A model generated the notes under the pieces. The model was not told the origin of the DNA, did no database searches, and saw only the letters and a list, made by a program, of their open reading frames with translations. Below, piece after piece: positions 1 to 12,900 of a DNA stretch of 64,000 bases (position 1 is its first letter; the number at the start of each line of letters is the position of its first letter). This stretch comes from the human T2T-CHM13v2.0 reference genome, Homo sapiens. The position numbers and the translations under genes are program-made. The stretch lies in assembly GCF_009914755.1 (NCBI RefSeq), contig NC_060926.1; one strand, given 5' to 3'.

Positions 1-559
1 CAACATAAACTCAGTCCATCTAAAAAATGTACATGCATTATGCATAGTACGTGTGTTTCATTTTTTCTATCATGAGTTTTGACAAATCTGTCCAATTATA
101 GTCCTGTTAAACAGAAGACATCTGTGGATGTCTTCACCTTATTATCCTTTCTGAATCTTAAATACATCATATCCAAAAATAAATTAAAAATTTCTCCCAC
201 AAATCTTCCACCAATCTTCCACCTTTTTAAAAACTGCCAACTATATCACGCTTTTACCAGTAATTTAGACCTCAACAAATTATTTTAATTCTGCAAATTA
301 TTATGTGCATCCTTTGAATTTGGGACACGATATAACAAATGATCTCATGTGCATTCTTTCTCCATTTTCTCCTCTCTCCAGAGGCCATCCTTTAATCTCA
401 ATCCAAATTCAGTGTCTTCAATGAGTCTTGCTTAAACTTTCCTTGGTACTATTTCATACCTGTAAAACAATTTCAATTCAATAACATTTTTCATTATTCT
501 GAATTCCATAACATAGTTTTATCTTCAGTATAAAATTTATAATCTTCCCTATATTATAT

Positions 560-700
560 TGTTTCATATATTTGTCACTTGTCCTTCTACCTTCATCCCA
601 CAAGACTAGGGTAGACAACATGCTTCATCTTCCGTTAAGAAGACACTAAATAAATATGTGTTGAATAAATAGATAAATGAATAAATAAATGAATATAGGG
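560..700 (+). mobile_element. L2 LINE 3' end fragment (very old)
   Basis: '...agacactaaataaatatgtgttgaataaatagataaatgaataaataaatgaat' resembles the L2 3' terminus with a (TGAA)n-like tail. Confidence 0.5.
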
Positions 701-3659
701 GATGTGAATGAAGAAGAGAAATTTTAAAAATGAGTGGAGTACATTGTAAAGTGGGTAAATATTGTGTAATGCCATATGACAGACGAAGAATGGAGTTATG
801 TAAATATATTAGCTGTCTTATCTCTGATTCCACAGAGAGAGAAAATAAATGAGTCTGTTTCTACTACCCTATGGGAAATAAAAAAAAATTCCTTTCCCCT
901 ACCTGGAGAAAAAATGATTACAGTTTACAAAAACAGAAGACAATAAATAGCAGTTATCACTGCACAAAAATATGTGGGAACTAGGATCAAATTGGAGTTT
1001 GCATAAAAGAGAATAAAAATAAACTCAATTTATAAGTGATAAGATACAGAAATTATAGATCCCCTCCCCTCATAAACTTGCACAAACATATATATATCTT
1101 TAAGAAATTTTGGATTGCCCATAGGCTGTCATAAACTTGATCACATCTGATTTAAACATGAATAAATGCATTTCCTAACTCCTGCTTACACAGTCAGTAA
1201 GAGTGATCATGAAAATTCTCAATTGACTGTGGGTGTTATTTTCCTACCTCTCTGTCCATATGGCCCACATTCAGTATGTTCCTGTGCCACAGTCCCTTTC
1301 TCTTACTCAAGACTGTAATATTTGTCCATCCTCTAAGAGCTGTAGGAGGTGACTGTGTATGACTAATTTACTATTTTGTTATTTTCACCATGAGTTCACA
1401 TAATTAAAACAAAGGTTAGAAGTATGCTGTACATAAAACTCAGATACCAATCACTATTAGTTTTTCAGGGATAGCCTTAAGGAATTCGGATAATGCCTTA
1501 TTTTCTATCTTCAGGGCCGTAGGCCAAGACCCTACCTCTGGGTCTGAGAAGACAAGGTTATAGAGAAGTCCTCCAACAAAATGGTGCCAAGTCGGCCAAA
1601 TTCCCTAATGACACCTGCACACTGCAATAATTCCTCCATTAAGCTAGAAAGGATCCCCAATTTGTCTGACAAGGCTACAGAAACATTGTAAATAGAGAAA
1701 TGAGGACAAAGCCCCAGTCCTGCAGGAATTACACCTGCCATAAATTGATGACATTTCCTTAACATGTGATACCTTCCAGTAGTTAGCCCAAACCAAGTAG
1801 ATATTTGATCCTGTACTGAAATGACACAATTGTGACCTTGGATTATGTCATGATAATATTAATCTCAAAGATATCTGGGAAACTGGACCATTTCCAAAAC
1901 TACTTCTCTGAAGTTTTCTTGTGAACAAGAAATCTAATCTTTTCTGGAAAATTATTTTAATATTTAATACCCATTTTCTCTGTTTAATATTCTCCTCTTG
2001 AATACTAACATCCTTTAAGTCTACAAATATGTTTATCTCCCCACTCTCTATCATTAAAAGACATGAACAGAATTTTAAAAAGCAACAGAAAGACAACCAA
2101 ACTTTTCTCTTTATGCTATCACACCAATTTCCTGTCAGTATCTCTCTCCTCAGAGAAGTCTTTTGCTATCTCTCTTTCCTCATTCTTCCCCTTTATCACT
2201 CATTATCTGACACTTTGCGTGTGTCTTCTGTTTTCAGAATCCTGTTTAAAAACACTCTTTTTTATCAGCATTATTTTCCCCCGCAGTGGCCATGGGGAAT
2301 AGCCTCATTCAAATAGTTCTGATTTAAAACATAAGCACCAAAGGCATAGCGTTGAGTTTTGCTACACAAGAGAAAATGTTTTAGGCTTAATATGCTACAG
2401 AGCACAGAGTTCTTACAGAAATACGCACAAGAAATTTACTATCACTCAATACTCAGTTTCGGGAGATTATTCTTGATTACCATCTTTAAGCTGTTTCTCC
2501 TATGTACCAAGCATAGATGGTGTGAATCTTTCTATTGAGTAAAGCTATCACAGTTCTTGCGCTGGCAACTAAGTATTGTCCTGAACGTTCAATGTCGTGG
2601 CATATACTGTACACTACTATGCACCATGTGCTATTTGACTTTGGAGAATTTTGTTGAGATCACCTGAGTACATGTTTGGTGGCTTGCCCATAGATGCCCC
2701 ATAAATTATTTATTCCTGTATACTTTGCTCTTCTGTCATATTTATGGCATTTTTCTATCAGTTGAAAGGGTTACAACTCCCTTTTTTCAGTCTCCAATTT
2801 CTTTTCTTTAAATCCTCCTGCTGATTTCGATTACCCAGACGTCTTCTGTAATATCGTAGTCGTATTTTCCTCTTATTTTACTGTCATTCCCCTATCATGT
2901 AACTTTGGCCATCAAGTTTACACAGATTCCTAAATCAATATCTTACAGAAGCCTTTCTTCTTGAACTCCAGCTCAGGCTTCCAACTGTTTACTTAATTTA
3001 TTCACGTGCATATATCACTCCCTCTGCAAACTGTGCACACTTTTCTATCCTCACAAGACAGTCATAACACCTGCTCTCACATAAATAAATCTAAAACAGA
3101 TAATGTAGTTCCTTGGAAAAGAATATTCAACATTTTCATCAATGATTACATAAGAGCACAAGCGACTTTGTCATGAAATTTGCACATGAATAGATAGTGT
3201 AGCATACTTGATGGCTTAGTTGTTATCTTGAAATATTTAGTAGATCAAAATTATTTGATGTTTATGATAATATGAAATCTATTTGGACAAAAAGTTAAAT
3301 CCTCCTCTTGGTCCTAACACATACACCTAACTACAGAAAATGTAATGGCTAAACCACATGGCTTAAGTATTCTAAAGTAACAAGATTTACTTGTTTTATT
3401 TAGTTTAATTAGAAATGAAGTGACTAGCAGACAGGGCACACCTTTCTGGATGCTAAATGGATTAGAATGCATCTGGATTATTATAGTGATTGTTTCTAAA
3501 TGTAGAGATCTTTTACAAATGTAAAGAAGGATGTTATGAAATCCAGGTGAATGATTAGGAAAAAAAAGGAAAAACAAAATTGAGAATACCTGAAGCAGAA
3601 ATATGATGCGGCTCCATTGACTAAGATCCTTAAAAGGATTGTATGCAGATCAGGTAGAT

Positions 3660-3895
3660 ATATGGCACATAACTAATGTTCGAGCTCTGATGTCAGAAAA
3701 ACTTGGGTTCAAATCTTGGCCATCACATTCCACAGTTATGTGAAATTTGAACAAGTGATTTAACTCTCATCCTTCAGTTTCCAGCACTTCATAAAGTGAT
3801 TGGAAGTATTAAAATGAATAATACAGGCAAAGTGCTAGACGCAGTGCCTAGCACATAATAAAATGGCCAATAATTATAAGTTATTATTATCAGTG
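3660..3895 (+). mobile_element. MIR SINE
   Basis: MIR core: 'ctctgatgtcagaaaaacttgggttcaaatcttggc...aagtgatttaactctc..cttcagtttcc...gtgcctagcacataataa'. Confidence 0.8.
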
Positions 3896-4602
3896 AATGG
3901 AATTTAGAAAAGCAGATTTTAGCTCAACAAATTTTTTTATAAAAAATTGTGGTTTGCATATACGTAAATGGAAAAACCTCACTTTAAAAATTTTATCTTG
4001 AGAAAGTTCAAGGTTAACTTCATCTCAACAACTTTTCAGTGTTTTTGAGGGGATTAATTGTACTACATGATGTCTTATGTTTGTTATAATTTAAATCCAT
4101 TATGATTCTTAAGTGTTAGATATCTAAGACGACATATTTTATTGGAAGAAATGAGTAGATGAGATTAACGTGAAGGCTAGTGAGGGAAATGCCCTTGGAC
4201 TTTTGATGCCTCTCAAATTGTTCTGAGTCCCAAGGAGGCTCTCTCTGCCCCTGGATACAATCTGCTAACATAGGCTTTGAACTAAATGGTGAAAATATCT
4301 TTTGCCAGTTTCCATCATTTCTAATCTTTTGGGAGTAACTACTTCTTCTAGGATCTGTCTAGCTTCAACAGTAAATGCTTTGATATTTCCTAGGAACTTT
4401 TGTGTTTTCATTTTAAACCAGTGATGGCAGAAAGAAGCAAATAAATGGATAAACGTGTGTGACAAGAAACAATTACCTCTCACCTCCAGCTATCACTGTC
4501 CTTCAGCAACTGGAAGTCAGCATTAAAAAATCACCTGATGGGAATTTCAGGGAAATTAGCAGCTCTCACTAAAGTCCTATATCAGTATTTCCTCTTCATA
4601 AT

Positions 4603-4625
4603 AATATATATATATATATATATAT
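4603..4625. repeat. (TA)n microsatellite
   Basis: About 11 TA units read directly. Confidence 0.9.
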
Positions 4626-5164
4626 CCCAGGCCATGGGAATAGTCAATGTATTTATTTAAAAGATCCTACATCATTTTACAGGTAGCCTGGGAGAAATTA
4701 TAGTTTGATGTGAATAATACATAACAAGTGAGATTAGTAGAAGAGTGAAATTTGTTATGACAATTGTTGGTATGAATTTTTATGTTTTCTTTATGTTATT
4801 TCCATATTGTTCCTAGCCTATTTCCATAATAGTTTTCTGGGTTACTGTGTCTATATTTTGCCTCCTCTAACTGTCATTATGTATGAGCTCTTCATTGCTT
4901 CATAAGAAAAAACAGTATTTTATTCCAGCTATATGCTACAATAGGAGTAATGTAACTATTTTTTTTCTGCCTAGGAGTCACGTCACATTGCATATTAAAA
5001 TATTTAACTTGAATATCAGGGAGGTCCATTAAGCATTTAGCCATGGGCAATGGTGTCAGGTGATGTGAAATACCAGTAGAATACACATTTATTTGGCCAC
5101 AATGATTCTCTCAAATTATGTGTTTATTCCTGATTGATTTCCTTGTTGATGGTGTCAGAAGAAG

Positions 5165-8059
5165 TTTTTTCTGTTTTTTAAATTTTTTTTAACTTTTATT
5201 TTAAGTTCAGGGGTACATGTGCAGGTTTGTTATATAGCTAAACTTGTGTCTTGGGGGCTTGTTGTACACATTATTTCATCACCCAGGTATTAAGCCTAGT
5301 ATCCATTAGTTATTTTTCCTGATCCTCTACTGCCTCCCACCCTCCATCTTCCAAAAGGCCCCATTGTGTGTTGTTCCCCTCTATGTTTCCTTGTGTTCTC
5401 ATAATTTGGCTCCCAATTGTGAGTGTGAACACGCAGGATTTGTATTTCCGTTCCTGTGTTAGTTTGCTAAGGATAATGGCCTCCAGCTCCATTCATGTCC
5501 CTGCAAAGGATATGAGCTCTTTTTTTTTTAAGGCTGCATAGTATCCATGATGTTTATGTATCACATTTTCTTTATCCAGTCTATCATTACTGGGCTATCA
5601 TTTAAGTTGATTCCATGTCTTCGCTATTGTGAATAGTGCTGCAATGAACATATGTGTGCACGCCTCTTTATAGTAGAATGATTTATATTCCTTTGGGTAT
5701 ATACCCAGTGGATAGTTGGGTCAAATTGTATTTCTGTCTTTAGGTCTTTGAGGAATTGCCACACTGTCTTCTGCAATGGTTGAACTAAATTACATTCCCA
5801 CCAACAGTATACAAGTTTTTTCTTGTATACTCCTTTTTCTCCAAAACCTCAACAGCATCTGCTATCTTTTGACTTTTTAATAATAACCATTCTGAGTAGT
5901 GTGAGATGATATCTCATTGTGGTTTTGATTTGCATTTCTCTAATGATCAGTGAAGTTGAGGTTTTTCCATATGATTGTTGGCCACATGTAAGTCTTCTTT
6001 TGAAAAGTGACTGTTTATGTCTTTTGCTCATTTTAAATGGGGTTGTTTATTTTTTTCTTGTAAATTTGTTTAAGTTCCTTATAGATGCTGGATATTAGAC
6101 CTGTGTTGGATGCATAGTTTGCAAAAATTATCTCCCATTGTGTATGTTGCCTGGTTACTCTGTGGATAGTTTCTTTTGCTGTGCAGAAGCTCTTCAGTTT
6201 AATTAGACCCCATTTGTCAATTTTTGCTTTTGTTGCAATTGCTTTTGGCAATTTCATCAGGATATCGTTGCCCGTGCTTATGCCCTGAATGGTATTGCCT
6301 AGTTTGTCTTCTAAGGTTTTTATGGTTTGGGGTTTTACATTTAAGTTTTCAATTCATCTTTATAAGGTATAAGGAAGGGGACCGGTTTCAATTTTCTGCA
6401 TATAGCTAGTCAGCAGCATTTATTGAACAAGGAATACCTTCCTCATTGCTTGTTTTTGTCAGGTTTGTCAAAGATCAGACAGTTAGAAGTGTGCGGTCTT
6501 ATTTCTGGGTTCTCTGTTCTGCTCCATTGGTCTGTGTGTCTGTTTTTGTACCAGTACCACGCTGTTTCAGTTACTGTAGCCCTGTAGTATAATTTGAAGT
6601 CAGTTAGCATGATGTCTCCAGCTTTATTCTTTTTGCTTAGGATTTCCTTGGCTGTTCGGGCTCTTTTTTTGGTTCCCTATGAATTTTAAAATGATTTTTT
6701 TTCTAGTTCTGTGAAGAATGTCAATGGTAGTTTAATAGGCATAGCATTAAATCTACACATTGCTTTGGGCAGTATGACCATTTTCACAATATTGATTCTT
6801 CCTATCGAGGAGCATGGAAAGTTTTTCCATTTGTTTGTGTCATCTGTGATTTCTTTGAGCAGTGGTTTGTAGTTCTCCTTGAAGAGAACTTTCACCTCCC
6901 TAGTTAGCTGTATTCCTAGGTATTTTATTATTTTTGTGGCAACTGTGAATGCTAGTTCATTCCCGATTTGGCTCTCAACTTGACTGTTGTCAAGGCATGT
7001 TAGTGATTTTTGCACATTGATTTTGTATCCTGAGACTTTGCTGAAGTTGTTTATCAGCTTAAGAAGCTTTGGGGCTCAGACTATGGGTTTTTCTAGATAT
7101 AGGAACACGTTGTCCACAAACAGGAATAGTTTGACATTTTCTCTCCCTATTTGAATGCTCTTTATTTATTTCTCTTGTCTGGTTGCCCCGGCCAGGACAT
7201 ACAATACTATGTTGAATAGGAGTGGTGAGAGAGGGCATCCTGGTCTTGTGCAGGTTTTCAAGGGGACTGCTTCCAGCTTTTGCCCATTCAGTATGATGTT
7301 AGCTGCGAGTTTGTCATATATGGTTCATATTATGTTGACTATGTTCCCTTTAATACCTAGCTTATTGAGAGTTTTTAGCATGAATGGATGTTCAATTTTA
7401 TCAAAAGCTTTTTCTGCATCTATTGAGATAATTATGTGATTTTTGTCTTTAGTTCTGTTTTTGTGATGAATCACATTTATTGATTTGCATATGTTAAGCC
7501 AACCTTGCATCCAGGGATAAAGCCTACTTGATCATGGTGGATAAGCCTTTTGATGGGTTGCTGAATTTGGTTTGCCAGTATTTTGCACAGGATTTTTTAC
7601 ATTGAAGTTTATCAAGGATATCGGCCTGAAGTTTTATTTTTGTGTGTGTGTGTCTCTGCCAGTTTGGTATTAGGATGATGCTGTTCTCATCAAATGAGTT
7701 AGGGAGGAGTCCCTCCTCCTCAATTTTTTGAAATAGTTTCTGTAGCAATGGTACCAGCTCTTCTTTGTACACCTGATAGAATTCAGCTGTGAATCCATCT
7801 GGCCCTGGGCTTTTTTTGGTTGATAAGCTATTTAACACTGCTCAGTTTCAGAGCTCGTTATTGGTCTGTTCAGGGATTCAATTACTTCCTGGTTCAGTCT
7901 AGGGAGGAATGTATGTACCCAGGAATTAAGCCATTTCTTCTAGATTTTCTAGTTTATATGCATAAACTAGATGTTCATGATATTCTCTGATGGTGTTTAT
8001 ATTTCTGTGGAGTCAGTGGTAATATCCTCCTTGTCATTTCTGATTGTGTTTATTTGAAT
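5165..8059 (-). mobile_element. 5'-truncated LINE-1 (L1PA13-PA15-like), ORF2 3' two-thirds plus 3'UTR, decayed
   Basis: Poly-T at ~5165-5200. Minus-strand ORF fragments match L1 ORF2p ([53 protein letters not shown]), with many stops and frameshifts. Confidence 0.93.
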
Positions 8060-8628
8060 AGAAGAGTAAATATTTATCTCTTCCGTAGAAAGCATTTAAT
8101 TTCTTTTCCACCTTTTAAAATTTTTTATTTAGCCTGTCACTTATTCATGTCAGTACAGTGTTTTCACAAGTATAACAATTAATAGTAATTTAATAAATCT
8201 ATGATCCTGAGGGAGCTTCAATAACTCTTTTGTACAATAACATAGATCCAAGTGGAATACACCAATCCTATCAAAAGGAAATGATGATTTAGCCTATATT
8301 GACGAAGCCTTCTGTCAGCTCCCAAATGTAAGTACCTTTAGGAATTAAAGATTTCAGACTGCCTTACCAAGTTACCAAAAATAAAGAAAGAAAGTAGCAA
8401 TAAAAGACAGTTTGTGGTATTTTCTTTAGATCTAGCCTTTCACATTTTAATTTATGAAAATTAATAATATTCAATATTTCATATTTACAGGAATACCATA
8501 GGAAACAAGTAAATACTGGCATTAACCTCAAATATTGCTAATATGCCAAAGTAACTACACAGTTATTGTTGCTGTTAATTTCAGTAAAATTCTCAAATTA
8601 TATTTAGGTTGTTAACTTTAACTTAGAA

Positions 8629-8831
8629 TAGAGGTCAGCAAATCATGGTCTACTTCCTGTTTTTTATAAATAAAATTTTATTGGAACATAGCCACATCTA
8701 TTCATTTACGTATGGTCGATGGCTGCTATAAACTACAGTGGCAAAGTTGAGTAGTTGTAAGAGACTGTGTGACCTACAAAACCTAAAATATTTACTACTT
8801 GGTCTTTTACAGAAAAAGTTTGCAAATCTGG
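8629..8831 (+). mobile_element. MER58A-like hAT-Charlie MITE
   Basis: 'taaaattttattggaacatagccac...cctaaaatatttactacttggtcttttacagaaaaagtttgc'; perfect 8-bp TSD ACTTAGAA at 8621-8628 and 8832-8839. Confidence 0.88.
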
Positions 8832-8974
8832 ACTTAGAAACTTCTTTTGGGAGAAAACTTTCATAGAACATGAATAGCTTCAGAGGCTATTATGTTCTGT
8901 GTGACTTTTCCAAGTTATTAGACTCTCAATATCACTAAATACTTTTACTACTTAATATTTTAAAATAAGATATT

Positions 8975-9523
8975 TTAGTAAAGCCTCTTTTGAAATATGT
9001 TTCCAGAAAGTACACACATCATTAGTATATAGTGTATAGTTCAGTGAAATTTTACTTAGTGAACATATCTGTATATTCTTCAGATTAAGATATATAGTAT
9101 TACAACATAGGTTTTTCTCTTGTTCTTTGAGTCATTATCACCCAAAGGTAGGTCTAAAATTCTAAAATTCTGCCTTGTCTATCCATAGATAAGGTTTGCT
9201 GATATTGAACTTCAAGTAAAAGGAATCACACATTATGTTACTTATTTATATCTGGCTTCTTCATTAAACTTGTTTGTAACATGCATTCATGTTGTTACAT
9301 GTAGCAGTGGTTTGTTTACCTTTTACTGACTTGTGTTCAATTTTATAGATGTAATACAATGTATTGTTTTATCTTGATGAATATTTAGGTTGTTCCCAGT
9401 TTTAGTGTCTGTTATCAATATTATTGTTGTTACCTTTCTTGAGCATGTATTTTGGTGAACTTCTGCTGAGTTCCTGTTGCGTATATACCGAAAGTGCAAC
9501 TGTTAGGTCATAGGTAGAGGTAG

Positions 9524-9568
<45 letters not shown>

Positions 9569-9597
9569 CAGCATTAGTAGATATTGCTAAACCGCGT

Positions 9598-9635
<38 letters not shown>

Positions 9636-10160
9636 AGCGTTAGTAGATATTGCTAAACCATTTTCTGATGTTAATGAACCAATTAATCTTCCTACCAGTG
9701 GTAGAAATGTTACTGGTATGAAATATCAGTTAATCCACATTCATGCCAAAACTTTGTATTCCCATTTTCATTCAGATGTGTATGTCGAATAATATGGATT
9801 TAATTTGTATTTTCCACATGATATATAAGATTAAGCACATTGTCATATACTAGGCTATTTGGATCTATTCTATTACTTAGTCCTTTTACATATTATCTAT
9901 ATGTTTCTACTGGATTTGAAGGCATTCTTTATAAAATCTATTCTAGACATAAGTACTTTGCTGGTTATAATTATTAGAAATAGCATTTCCCATTCTGTGG
10001 TTTGCCTTTAATAAATCCCGTTTAATAAGTGTTTGTCTAATTCAAAATCACGAAGATATACTTTTTTATCTTCTAGCAATATTTCACATTTTGTTCTTCA
10101 AATTTAAATCTATAACACTATGAATTAGATTTTTGTTTGTGGTGTCAGGTAGTTTCATAT
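8975..10160 (-). mobile_element. Old L1ME-type 3' region
   Basis: Degenerate L1M 3' motifs on the minus strand ('catgttgttacatgtagcagtggtttgttt', 'tttaggttgttcccagtttt', 'cccattctgtggtttgcc'). Confidence 0.7.
9526..9659. repeat. Compound (TG)n microsatellite: two copies of (TG)~20 plus a 27-bp spacer
   Basis: TT(C/T)AGC(A/G)TTAGTAGATATTGCTAAACC occurs at 9567-9593 and 9633-9659, each preceded by a TG run. Confidence 0.95.
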
Positions 10161-10169
10161 CTTTCAGCC

Positions 10170-11000
10170 TTTTAAATATGTGATTCCAATGATTCTTCCT
10201 TTATATAATTCCTAATGAAGTCAGCGATCATACTTAATGTTTTTCCTTTGTAGATGATATGTGGTTTTTCCCTGACTCTTCAAGACTTTCACTTTGTCTT
10301 TGATTTCTGCCAGTTTTTCCACAGTTTGCTTAGATGTGTGTTGTGAGGAGCGGGAATGGTGGTGGGCTTAGTTTTCATGGAGAATCTTGAATCTGTTTTT
10401 TTCTAAAAGGGACATTCATTTTGTATCTCTTCAGACTTCTTTTGTCTTATTCCCTCTCTCTTTTGTTGTCGCTGTAATTAACATGTACTGGGCCTTTTAA
10501 ACCATTTTTATCCTCTTTACAATTTATGCTTCAGTATGGATTTGTTAGATTGACCTGCCTTGCAGTTTTCTAATTCTGTTTTCTGATCTGTAAAATCTAC
10601 AATTAAAGCTATCTATTGAATCTTTTAATTTCAGCAGTTGTATTTTTCAAATCTACTGTGCTCATTTGATTCTTTCCTTATAGATTTCATCTCTTTGAAA
10701 TACATCAAATTTTCACATAGTTCCTGAATATATTACTGAGATATTCTGTGCCTTTCAATTGTCTACTTATACTCTTGTTATTTGCTACTTATACTATTTC
10801 CTGAAATACCTGATAAGTGCTGGATATTGTTTTGAAAAATTCGTAGAGGATTTGATGATGCTATCTTTCTTCAAAAATATTTAACTGTCTTCATGCTGGT
10901 ATTTATAGTCAAGCCTCTCTGATCCAATACAGAATAAGCACGGTTTGAAGCTGGGTTCAAGATTTGTGAGAGATGGTCTGTTTCTGTCTTCAAGAATCTC
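10170..11000 (-). mobile_element. Very old L1M/HAL1 ORF1-region remnant
   Basis: T-rich degenerate sequence with 'ttcaagactttcactttgtctttgattt' and 'tttaatttcagcagttgtatttttc', typical of antisense old L1 ORF1. Confidence 0.5.
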
Positions 11001-11049
11001 AGTTTAAAGCTTGAAGTAATTTGCTGGGTACGACCTTAAAAATTATGAC

Positions 11050-11232
11050 CAGGAGGTACCCCAAATGCTACCCTGGTCTACCAGAGTGATGGGGACTTAC
11101 AAAGGTCAGATGATAGATTTATAGACTAACTTATCTTACAGTGGACTTAACACATCCCCACAACTGTGTGTGACTCTTTCTTTAGTTCCTGAATACTTAA
11201 TGAACATCTTTGGTGCAGAAATCCCATGCAAT
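11050..11232 (+). mobile_element. ERVL internal fragment (protease region)
   Basis: 'ccagagtgatggggacttacaaaggtcagatgata...cttacagtgg...gttcctgaatac...cagaaatccca' parallels ERVL protease VRVGAYGGQVI...LTVG...VPECI...QNPH. Confidence 0.6.
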
Positions 11233-11599
11233 AAGAGCTTTTAAAATACAGATACAAATCTCTCATGGTGTTGTGGTGAATGAGAAACAAATATTCCCCT
11301 AAAAAAGGAACCCAGTCTCAAAAACAGGCTTGGCTTCCTTTTAAGACATTGCCAAAATTTGCAGACATATACTGCAGGATGCTAAAGACCTAACATGAAA
11401 ACACCTGAACGGTAGAATAATACCCTCCAGACCTGTAAGAGGGTCCTACAGGCTTTCAGGGCTAAAGAGAGCAAACAATCCATTAAGCTCTCAGTCAAAT
11501 GTCCACGAGAGTAATGCCTGAGAAAATGGGTAGACCAGACTTGAATGGTCTTACTGCACTTGTAAACCAGCCCTGATCCAGCTCAATCGTGATTGACCA

Positions 11600-12900
11600 G
11601 CTTTCCACTCCTTTGGTATATTTACATTTCATGTCTTGTAGTATTGCTTGTGGAGTACTATAAGCAATGGAATTGACCAATCTGCAACTATGCCCAATTT
11701 TATGAATAAATCTCTGAACATAATGTTGAGGCAAGTAAGTCAGAGACAAAATATTATGTATTATATATTTTCACTTATATAAAGTATAAAAACTGACAAA
11801 AATATTTTTTGCTGGAAATCAGAATTATTTACCTTTGCCGGAGAGAGAGACTGCAAGACAGTGTGAGGGATATGCAGGATGCTTTTTCTTGATCTAGGTA
11901 CTATTTACATGGTCATATTCAGTATGTGGACAATTAGTAGGCTTTTGATGTATGCTCCTTTCCCTATGCATATGATGCTTCATTAAAAGCTTTTAAGTCC
12001 ACTGACAGTGTCAGAATATATTTTGATCCTTTTTTTCTAATAAAGAACTTGTAACAAGAATGTATAAAAATTCCTATGTGTCAACCTGAAAAAGATAACC
12101 ATTAGTGAAAAAAATGGGCAAAAGGCTTAATAGCCACTTAATGAAAAAATTAGCCAAAAGACGAATAAACACAAGAAAAAAACCCTCAATTTTATTTGTT
12201 ATCTGAAAACCACAATATGATCCCACTATACACATACCAGAAGGTCTATAAGTGAAAAAATAGAAAATAAATTTTGTTAAGGATGTGAAGCAACTAGAAC
12301 TCAATACACTACTGGTGGTATTGAAAATTGGCACAGTCACTTTGGGAAACAATTTTTGGCAATAAATAAATATATATACATGCTTTGTAAAAAATTTTAT
12401 TCCTGGGAATATGCTCAACAGAAATCCGTACTGATATTCTTAAAAAAACATGGATTATAATGTATAAAGCAGTATTGTGTGAATTGGGTAAAGATGGAAA
12501 CAGCCCAAACACCATTTTGGAGAACATTGGCTAAATGACATGTAATATGTTTATATAATGGAATACTATGCCACATGTGTATGGAAATGAACAATCTATA
12601 TCTCCACACACAATGATAGGGATGAATCTCACAAATACAATATTGAGCAAATGAAACAAGCACAAAGAAGTAAATACTACATTATTCCTTTGGTATAAAT
12701 TATATAAACATATTGTTAGAAATGAGGCTAGGGTTCACCCTTGGGGTTGGTAGTGACTAGAAGGGATCGTAAAGGGGGTTTCTGAGACACTAGTACTGTT
12801 CTGTTTACTTGGAAGCTGGTTACATTTTGTGTTTGTTCTTAAAATTTTGTCAAGCCATACACTTAAGAGCATTCCAATTATGTATAATTTAAAAAAACAA
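11600..12900 (+). mobile_element. Old L1ME 3'-end fragments (at least two)
   Basis: 'aaatgggcaaaaggcttaatagcc', 'aaaattggcacagtcactttgggaaac', 'ggatgaatctcacaaatacaatattgagc'. Confidence 0.7.

Noticed and set aside
5154-8070. TSD for the first L1 (agaagaagt / agaagagt)
   Set aside because: Too short and imperfect to call with confidence
9526-9659. Repeat-spacer-repeat pattern superficially like a CRISPR array
   Set aside because: Only two units, the 'spacers' are TG microsatellite, the context is primate DNA and no cas genes are present
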